A stretch of 15,704 nucleotides of DNA from Candidatus Aenigmatarchaeota archaeon (lineage in GTDB: Archaea > EX4484-52): the NCBI GenBank assembly GCA_023137195.1, contig JAGLPV010000019.1, positions 1-15,704 of the forward strand, in the 5' to 3' direction. The position numbers were made by a program, and so were the translations under genes. This document shows, in pieces, positions 9,106-15,704 of the stretch. The notes beneath the pieces were generated by a model that saw only the letters and a list, made by a program, of their open reading frames with translations, had not been told where the DNA came from and did no database searches. The stretch's first letter is position 1, and each line of letters opens with the position of its first letter.

Positions 9106-9861
9106 TCATTTATTTAGATTTTTAAATATAAACTTAATGGGAATATCAAATAGAATCTTCTCAATTTGTATAGTGATTATTTCTTCTCTTTTTTCACGAT
9201 AAAACTTAAATTTCTTTAATAATCCATCCAATTTAAATAGAATTTTTATTAAGTCGCTTTCAACAAATTGTCCAACAAACCCTTGAACTTGGTTTGTCCC
9301 ATCCAAGAAGGTATACATAAATTTACTTGTTTGCTTACGAACATCTTTCACCTCTTCTGGAGACAGTTCTTCATCCCTTAGGGCTAAGTCCGAGATATTA
9401 TGAAGTGATTTATATTCACAACTTATTTTATTAAAATTATTAATTGGTTTAAATCGAGGAATTACATTCATGAAATTTTTTAATTTTTGAATGGAATCTT
9501 CTATTCGTGTAGAATTTACATCTTCAAATGGTTTTTCAATGAGGTCAATAACCACACCTACTGCATCTTCAATATCCTTTATTGTTCTTGGTGTTTTTTC
9601 TACTGCTAAAGCATATTGTAGAACAAAATAATTCTCAAATATATCTTTTGAAATATCATCTCTTTGAACAATACATTCGCTATTTATAACAGCAAAAGTA
9701 AACGCCTCTGTATTTTTAGTAAACTGATAATGGTTTGTATCAACAGAATAGTTCTTTAAAGGAGAATATGGTAGACAAGAGAAAGGTTCTTTTGTTTCTG
9801 TAAAAAACAGAAATACCAACGGGATTACAATTACCAAAATTAATAATAATTTATATGTCAT
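9106..9861 (-). CDS. Hypothetical protein with an N-terminal membrane anchor/signal peptide, mostly helical
   Basis: KLLLILVIVIPLVFLFF hydrophobic segment; ATGA overlap with the specificity-subunit stop (9858-9861); sequons NYS, NST, NIS. Confidence 0.7.
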   Translation of the reverse strand: MTYKLLLILVIVIPLVFLFFTETKEPFSCLPYSPLKNYSVDTNHYQFTKNTEAFTFAVINSECIVQRDDISKDIFENYFVLQYALAVEKTPRTIKDIEDAVGVVIDLIEKPFEDVNSTRIEDSIQKLKNFMNVIPRFKPINNFNKISCEYKSLHNISDLALRDEELSPEEVKDVRKQTSKFMYTFLDGTNQVQGFVGQFVESDLIKILFKLDGLLKKFKFYREKREEIITIQIEKILFDIPIKFIFKNLNK

Positions 9862-11234
9862 TCTACATCAAACTTCGTCATCTTCTTTGCCCCTTTTTCA
9901 ATTTCCTCTTCAACTTTCCTTTTTGCCTCTTCCAAAAGTTCTTTGCTTTCTTTTCTCAATTTATGAGATTCTTTTATTTTGTCTGCGATTTGCTTTTGGA
10001 TTTGGGATTCGATAAGTGGGATTTTAATTTCTTTTAATGTTTCCTGATTCAACCTTTGCTGGACACTTCCTCTCGAAAGTCTATCCATAAAAATAGTTCC
10101 TATTTTTTTTAGGTAAAAAGCTAAAAACAAATTATTTAATCTATTGTGCAAATTTCTAATTCTTAAAATATTATCACTAATAAAACTATCTTCAAACTCT
10201 TTTGAAATATACCCTAATGTTCCAATTGAACCAACCCTACTAGTAATTATATCCCCTTCTTTTACTTTAAATTTACTTTCGAGAGTTTCTGTCGTTTTGT
10301 ATAGTCTTTCACTATCTAATGTTAAATCCTTATTTATATTTACACTTCGAATATAATTTTTACCATCTAATGAATAAGTTTTAGTATAAGTTCCAGTAAT
10401 TATTTTAAAAAATGATTTATTGCGTAATTCTAAATTTTCATATTTTTCAATTCTTTCGATTATCTCTTTATATTTAGGATGGAAATAGTCGGCATCAATT
10501 CTTTTTGCTTTGTCTATTTCTTTTTTTGTTGTTTGGAAAGTTAAAGTATGTTTTGGCTTGTAGCCAGACAAATCAAGTTCTTTAAAAAGCAGTTCTTCTG
10601 CTTCTTTGTAGAGTTGTTTTGATTGGGTTTGTTTTTGAGTAGATTTCTCAAATAAATCTGAAATTATATTTTGAAAGTAAATAGAAAACATAGGTATTAT
10701 AATTTGCTTACTTTCTGTTAAATTTAAGTGCATTTGAACATTTCCGGTAAAATATCTTCTCATTTGAGATATTCCATAATTTGTATTCAAAAAAACAACT
10801 AAAAATTTACTAGAAATAGTTACGTCCTTTTTTAATTTTATTGCAATTGTATCTTGAGAAACATTGCATTTTTCGAGTGTAACGAGCGAACAAGCAGGGT
10901 ATGCTGTTTTAGATAAAATAACATCGCCATATTTAAGTTCTGTTTTTTTATTTTTTTGATTTTCTTCTTCTGTAAGATAAACAATATCGCTGTCATCAAT
11001 TTTTAAATTTTTTAAATTTGAAATCCTTATAAACGGTATTCCCTTTGTTGTATAAACACTTGAATTAATATCAAAAATTCCTTTTACAAAAAGAGTCGTT
11101 ATTTCATCAAAGTAATAAAATTCATTATCTCTAATTTTTTTTTCAATCTCCAAATATTCTGGCTTAAAAAACTCCGCATCAAACCTATGTACTTCTTGAA
11201 TGTCTGACTTTTTTATAATTGAAATTTGTGGCAT
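9858..11234 (-). CDS. hsdS: R-M specificity subunit with two target-recognition domains (HsdS/BcgIB-like)
   Basis: Duplicated architecture: RFDAEFFKPEY / RIDADYFHPKY; GIPFIRISNL..YGDVILSKT / NYIRSVNI..EGDIITSRVGSIG; TGNVQMHLN / SRGSVQQRLN..IKIP. Each half is followed by a coiled-coil spacer. Confidence 0.88.
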   Translation of the reverse strand: MPQISIIKKSDIQEVHRFDAEFFKPEYLEIEKKIRDNEFYYFDEITTLFVKGIFDINSSVYTTKGIPFIRISNLKNLKIDDSDIVYLTEEENQKNKKTELKYGDVILSKTAYPACSLVTLEKCNVSQDTIAIKLKKDVTISSKFLVVFLNTNYGISQMRRYFTGNVQMHLNLTESKQIIIPMFSIYFQNIISDLFEKSTQKQTQSKQLYKEAEELLFKELDLSGYKPKHTLTFQTTKKEIDKAKRIDADYFHPKYKEIIERIEKYENLELRNKSFFKIITGTYTKTYSLDGKNYIRSVNINKDLTLDSERLYKTTETLESKFKVKEGDIITSRVGSIGTLGYISKEFEDSFISDNILRIRNLHNRLNNLFLAFYLKKIGTIFMDRLSRGSVQQRLNQETLKEIKIPLIESQIQKQIADKIKESHKLRKESKELLEEAKRKVEEEIEKGAKKMTKFDVE

Positions 11235-11235
11235 A

Positions 11236-13242
11236 TTAAATTTTGGAATTATTTTTATTAAAAAATTCTTTTATTTCTTTTATCCAATCAGGAATAAACT
11301 TTTTGGGCTTATCTTCTTTTTTCATTAGTTCAATATATTTTTTTGCAAATAAAATTTTATTCTCTCCATCATTTTCTTTGAAAAAATTTTCCAACTTAGT
11401 ATTATCAAAATTTTTAATAAAATGAGTATTTCCATTATTATTTTCTATTGTTGAAATGTGATATTTATTTTCAGTTGTTAATTTTTCTATTGTTTTTTTA
11501 AAAATAACAGGGTTTAATGATTGCTCAATATCTGCTTCACTAGTATCTCCATTGCTAAGACTTAATAGTTCTGTTTTTTTATTGGCCTTTTTATTGCTTA
11601 ATCTTCGTATTCTCAAATTATTATATCCATTACCAATATGTTTTTTATGTTCTTGTTGATCAGTATCTATCAGACAATATATTTTTCCATTAATGCCTCT
11701 ATTCTCATTTTTAATTGGTAATTCTAAATATTCATATAATTCTGATACTTTGTTTTGTCCGCCCAATGGCAAGATTCTTAATTTCTCTTTTTCTACTTCT
11801 TCTTTAAAAAAATATTCAAAGTATATTTTCTCACTTATTCCTTCAACTATTAACCAATTATATGGATTTTCTTTTTTTAAAGAGTAAAATATAGCCTGTA
11901 CTAAATCATTAGTACTTTTTAAAGAAAAATCATTTGGAATTTTATTTTGCGATGTTTCAATATCCTTTTTAACTTTTGACTTATAATCGTATAAATCATA
12001 TGTTTCAAAATTTATTCCTTTTTCATTGCTATTCAAAAAATGACCATACCCTTTACTTATAAATGGTAAAAATCCATACCAATGTGTAGTGATGAGTATT
12101 TGATTGTTTTGTGAAATCTCTCTTAATTTTTCAAATTGATCATAGCACAAAGAGGTATGTAACGAATTTTCAGGTTCATCTATGCCAATGATAATCATTT
12201 TATCTCTTTCTTCTTCTCTTGCCAAAAAGGCATAAACAAGATTCACTAATGCTTGTCTTTTTTCTCCCGCACTTAACTCACTTACTTTTTTTTCTACATA
12301 ACCATCTTTTTTATATAAAATTCTTTTTTGAAAATAAGATTCTATAATTTTTTCTACCAAATCAGACTGGGTTATACGATTATATCTCAACATTCCAGTA
12401 CTATAACAATATTCGTTATTTAATGTTGCCTCTATTTCTGAAACAAAGGACTCTAATTTTTTATTTATACCACCTGCGTTATCGAAGTTAACCTTTCCTA
12501 ATGCTGATTTAATTTCATTTTTTAATTGTTTATCAAAAATTTTCTGCATTTCATCGGTCTCAATTTTAGTAAAACTTTCCACTTCCAGTTCAACAGGCAA
12601 GTACACATAAGAATATAAATCTTTTATTTCCTGTAAAAATTGCCTCCATTCACTCTTGTCTAATTCTTTTTTCATTTCTTCTTTCCAATTATCAATAATG
12701 TCTTTTCGGTTTTTTGTCTCCCGACCGTTAATTTCAGATTTTTTTTTACCTAAAAAAGCTAAAAGAAAATTCTCTTCATTATGAAAACTTCCATAATATA
12801 TTTTATGACCTGCCGTTAAATTTGTTTCACCTATTGCTATTAAATAATGTGTGTCTTTTTTATTTTTTATTTTTTCTCGTAATTTAAAAAAATCTTTCAT
12901 AGATCCTTGAATTCCAGGAGAAGTATCTTTTTTTTCAATTGACCAAAAAAAACTACTTATTTTTTCAAACTCCTTTTTCCTCTTACTTATTTTAGTTTTT
13001 TCTATCAAGAAAATCGGTAGAATATAAGGATTGTAACCCACAGTATGAATCCCAGCTTCTATTGCATCTTTATTTATTAAATATTCTTTGTTATTAAAAA
13101 AAGAATCTAAAGCTTCTAATATTGAGCTTTTTCCAGCACCATTTTCTCCAATATAACTTACAAAATTATAGTTTTCTCCAATAGGAATAAATTTTATTCC
13201 TTTATACGCTTTGATGTGCCTTAAATATAATCCTATTATCAT
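11236..13242 (-). CDS. OLD-family ATP-dependent nuclease (ABC/SMC-type ATPase + TOPRIM)
   Basis: Walker A GENGAGKS, signature LSAGEKRQ, Walker B/D-loop IGIDEPENSLH, H-loop LITTH; TOPRIM WLIVEGISE, PLGG, LIDTD, EADIEQSL and late NKILFA. Confidence 0.88.
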   Translation of the reverse strand: MIIGLYLRHIKAYKGIKFIPIGENYNFVSYIGENGAGKSSILEALDSFFNNKEYLINKDAIEAGIHTVGYNPYILPIFLIEKTKISKRKKEFEKISSFFWSIEKKDTSPGIQGSMKDFFKLREKIKNKKDTHYLIAIGETNLTAGHKIYYGSFHNEENFLLAFLGKKKSEINGRETKNRKDIIDNWKEEMKKELDKSEWRQFLQEIKDLYSYVYLPVELEVESFTKIETDEMQKIFDKQLKNEIKSALGKVNFDNAGGINKKLESFVSEIEATLNNEYCYSTGMLRYNRITQSDLVEKIIESYFQKRILYKKDGYVEKKVSELSAGEKRQALVNLVYAFLAREEERDKMIIIGIDEPENSLHTSLCYDQFEKLREISQNNQILITTHWYGFLPFISKGYGHFLNSNEKGINFETYDLYDYKSKVKKDIETSQNKIPNDFSLKSTNDLVQAIFYSLKKENPYNWLIVEGISEKIYFEYFFKEEVEKEKLRILPLGGQNKVSELYEYLELPIKNENRGINGKIYCLIDTDQQEHKKHIGNGYNNLRIRRLSNKKANKKTELLSLSNGDTSEADIEQSLNPVIFKKTIEKLTTENKYHISTIENNNGNTHFIKNFDNTKLENFFKENDGENKILFAKKYIELMKKEDKPKKFIPDWIKEIKEFFNKNNSKI

Positions 13243-13257
13243 AATATATTCTTAAAA

Positions 13258-15297
13258 TTAATCTCTCCAAAAACTCAAACTCTCTTTTTTAGCCCATTTT
13301 TCAAATTCAAGAGCAATATCTTTTAAGTCATGCTTTTGCTTCAAATGCCCGTGCTCATCAAGTTTTCTTCCTCCGTTTTCATCTAATTCATAAATTTCCT
13401 CTCCTGAATTGTCTTTGCCTGAATTCTCACTTACGGCCATAAAAACAGGATAATCTTCAACCTTTGGATTTATTTCATCGTCCCATTTCTGAACAAATAA
13501 AACAGAGGTTTTTGTTCCTGTGTGTGGTTTAAATGTGTTTCCATCTAGCCCAACAACAGCTAAAAGCCGCGCGTTTTCCATTACAAAATTTCTTATTCTC
13601 TCATCTGATGTATTATTAAATCTGCCTTGAGGCAGAACAATTGCCATTCTTCCACCAGATTTTAAAAAATCAAGATTTCTTTCAATAAACAAGATATCCC
13701 TTGAAATTTTGTTTACTTTCTTTTGACCTTTGAATGCCAATTCATATTCTGAAATCATTCTTGAATCTTTTATATCTCCTGCAAAAGGAGGGTTTGCCAT
13801 CAATAAATCAAAATTAAATTCTTTTGGATTTTTTCTGTCTTTTGCTAAATCCAATAATCTATAAAATCCTTCTAAATATGTTCTGCTCCATTCTCTGTCT
13901 TTTAATTTTTCTTCCCATCTCGTATAATCCAAAGTGTTAAGATGCAAAACATTTGTTCTGCCATCCCCTGCAATCATATTTAGAGTTCTTGCAACCCTTA
14001 CTGATTTTTCGTCAAAATCAATCCCAAAAACCTTTTCTACGCACTTCTTTTGTTCGCTTGTTAATTTCTGGTTTGAAAAATTATGAAAATGAGCTTTTCC
14101 GTTATTTTCTAATTTCTTCCAAACATTAAATAAAGTATGAACAGTGAAACCACAACTGCCACAGGCAGTATCAATCATAAATTCCTTTGGTTTTGGATTA
14201 AGCATATAGACGCACATGTCAATTACATTTCTTGGCGTAAAATACTGTCCTTTTTCTCCTTTTGCGGATTTATTTACAAGATATTCAAAAGCCTCGTCAA
14301 TAACCTGCAAATTTGAATTAAAAAGTTTTACATTTTGCAAAAATCCAACACAAATTTGCAAATGGTTTTCATCCGTGATTCTTAATGGTTCGCCTTTTTC
14401 AAAAATTCCCGACCATTTTTCTTTTGCTCTTTGAAAAAGTTTATTGATCTCTTCTTTTGTGTCATGGGCATCTCCACGACTTCTAAATTCTAATTTTCTA
14501 AAATCTTCATTGTCAATTTTTTCTAAAATCTCTTTATCACTTAAATTTGAATCTTGTTTTTTGATAATCTTAAATTGAGTTTCAATACTTATCCTATCAT
14601 CAGCACGTTCCATTTCATCGTAAAGTTTAATAAAAATCAATTTAAAAACTTCTTCAAAAACATCAACACCTGCATTTGCTAAAACTTCATCTTCCATTTC
14701 CTGAATTAAAACTTTCAAAGATTTTCTTTCTTCAACAAGTTTATCTTTTTGCATTAATTCCAAATAAGTAAATCTCTCGTCTTTTACATCATATATTGTT
14801 TCATTTGCTTTTGGGATATCTGAAAGAGGCTCAAAATAATTTGGGTCTAATCTCTCATAATAATTTATTTCAACTCCATTTGTCCAAATTGCCAAAGGGG
14901 AACCTGTTGCGTTTGTATAACTTTTCAACTGGTCTTTCCCATCTTTTGCTTTGTGTTTTTTGACTTCAACAACACAATAAACGCTTGTTTTGTCTTTTTT
15001 ATTCAAAATCACAATATCTGCTTGTTTTTTTTCTCTGCCGAAACTAACAGGATACAACACACGAATTAAATCCAATGGATAATTATATTCGTTAATTAAT
15101 TTATCCAGCATTAATTGTTGCACAATTTCTTCTGGCTTTGCCACAACTTCTCTTTCTCTTTTTAAGCATTTAATGTAGGGTTTGTCATTTTTTTCTATAA
15201 CTCTCTCTTCTATAAAATCAATTCTATCCTTTTGAAACAAAGTAATATCGTATTTGTTGTCTGCTTTAACCAATTCTTCAATCTTAAATTTATTCAT
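13258..15297 (-). CDS. Fused restriction endonuclease (HSDR_N-like PD-(D/E)xK domain) / N6-adenine DNA methyltransferase (Type IIB/IIG-like R-M subunit)
   Basis: N-terminal KPEEIVQQ..YNYP..ADIVI..VVEVKK..QLKSY..WTNG nuclease domain; MTase motifs GQYFTPR, IDTACGSCGF (motif I), GIDFD, ANPPF (motif IV), GGRMAIVLPQG, FKPHTGTKTSVLF. Confidence 0.92.
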   Translation of the reverse strand: MNKFKIEELVKADNKYDITLFQKDRIDFIEERVIEKNDKPYIKCLKREREVVAKPEEIVQQLMLDKLINEYNYPLDLIRVLYPVSFGREKKQADIVILNKKDKTSVYCVVEVKKHKAKDGKDQLKSYTNATGSPLAIWTNGVEINYYERLDPNYFEPLSDIPKANETIYDVKDERFTYLELMQKDKLVEERKSLKVLIQEMEDEVLANAGVDVFEEVFKLIFIKLYDEMERADDRISIETQFKIIKKQDSNLSDKEILEKIDNEDFRKLEFRSRGDAHDTKEEINKLFQRAKEKWSGIFEKGEPLRITDENHLQICVGFLQNVKLFNSNLQVIDEAFEYLVNKSAKGEKGQYFTPRNVIDMCVYMLNPKPKEFMIDTACGSCGFTVHTLFNVWKKLENNGKAHFHNFSNQKLTSEQKKCVEKVFGIDFDEKSVRVARTLNMIAGDGRTNVLHLNTLDYTRWEEKLKDREWSRTYLEGFYRLLDLAKDRKNPKEFNFDLLMANPPFAGDIKDSRMISEYELAFKGQKKVNKISRDILFIERNLDFLKSGGRMAIVLPQGRFNNTSDERIRNFVMENARLLAVVGLDGNTFKPHTGTKTSVLFVQKWDDEINPKVEDYPVFMAVSENSGKDNSGEEIYELDENGGRKLDEHGHLKQKHDLKDIALEFEKWAKKESLSFWRD

Positions 15298-15358
15298 TTT
15301 CTCACTCTCTTATGATTCCATGCTTAATTATAACCTACCTAAATGCATATAAACATTG
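15298..15358 (-). promoter_or_regulatory. Probable promoter (TTTATATG, 15353-15346) and purine-rich RBS-like GAGAGTGAG for the R-M/OLD operon
   Basis: Minus strand: TGTTTATATGCATTTAGGTAGGTTATAATTAAGC-ATGGAATCATAA-GAGAGTGAGAAA-ATG. Confidence 0.5.
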
Positions 15359-15428
15359 TGATTTTAGATTTAAATTGCAGTTTAAAATAAGTTTAAAATT
15401 ATGCATGTAAATAAAGATAGAACATACT

Positions 15429-15563
15429 ATGAATGAAATAGACGACTATATCCACAGAAAGCCGAATCCGGGATATGCAAAGAAACTTGAGGATATTAAA
15501 AAACACGACAAGCGCATAAAGTTTAAAGATACGGATGAGTTCGACAAGCATTTTGGCTCATAA
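15429..15563 (+). CDS. 44-aa peptide resembling the C-terminal half of small archaeal RelB/DUF2683-like antitoxins (possibly a remnant)
   Basis: MNEIDDYIHRKPNPGYAKKLEDIKKHDKRIKFKDTDEFDKHFGS; TATA-like TTTAAAAT ~30 nt upstream. The family resemblance is from memory of the P-x-Y-x-x-K-L..I-K-F pattern only. Confidence 0.4.
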   Translation: MNEIDDYIHRKPNPGYAKKLEDIKKHDKRIKFKDTDEFDKHFGS

Positions 15564-15624
15564 GCTAGTACCGTAATTAATTTTGCTGAAACTAATCTTT
15601 TCATTTATCTTTTCATAACTCTAG

Positions 15625-15704
15625 TTACATCAAAAAGTCTTTTCCTGCAATATTCCCACCTTTCAAATACTTCTCCACCTCTTTATCAAAATCAGAAATA
15701 TAAT
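15625..15704 (-). CDS. 3' end of a probable RhuM-family protein (continues beyond the right edge)
   Basis: Translates ...YISDFDKEVEKYLKGGNIAGKDFLM*. The SDFDKEV motif resembles RhuM-family C-termini, and that family often neighbours R-M loci. Confidence 0.5.
   Translation of the reverse strand, partial: YISDFDKEVEKYLKGGNIAGKDFLM

Larger units (their letters stand above)
7767..15297 (-). other. Defence-like genomic island of six co-oriented genes
   Basis: Visibly more AT-rich than 1-7724, three nuclease-type genes, tight spacing. No integrase or terminal repeats seen in the window. Confidence 0.6.

Noticed and set aside
9858-9881. HsdS tail MTKFDVE as the relic start of a lost downstream gene
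   Set aside because: Too short to distinguish from an ordinary variable C-terminus
11236-13242. Calling the ATPase/TOPRIM gene Gabija gajA, a retron effector or PrrC/RloC
   Set aside because: No UvrD helicase or reverse transcriptase adjacent; the C-terminus carries TOPRIM motifs (EG..DxD), not a HEPN domain
5970-13300. Poly-A/T runs of 8-10 nt as phase-variation switches
   Set aside because: Common in Lys-rich AT-rich genes here, including nmd3; all frames remain intact
9855-14434. Plus-strand 60-72 aa Phe/Leu/Ser-rich ORFs
   Set aside because: Typical antisense reading of Lys/Glu-rich minus-strand genes

Overview
AT-rich archaeal window, probably DPANN-like given NMD3, a GGTGA ribosome-binding site, TATA-box/leaderless starts and large N-glycosylation-rich surface proteins. 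The left half looks native. It holds a giant (>1790 aa) secreted multi-beta-sandwich surface protein on the minus strand (5381 to beyond the left edge, absent from the ORF track), nmd3, and a divergent Cys-rich lipoprotein with a helical C-terminal domain. The right half (~7767-15300) is a more AT-rich, co-oriented minus-strand defence-like island: a fused PD-(D/E)xK endonuclease/N6-adenine methyltransferase, an OLD-family ABC-ATPase/TOPRIM nuclease inserted inside the R-M operon, a two-TRD specificity subunit, a translationally coupled membrane-anchored protein, a second PD-(D/E)xK nuclease and a small CxxC/HxxC Zn-binding protein. A small antitoxin-like ORF and the 3' end of a probable RhuM-family gene close the window. 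The best candidate for a novel system is the R-M(fused)-OLD-S-membrane protein operon. All family assignments come from motif recognition by eye, not from database searches.
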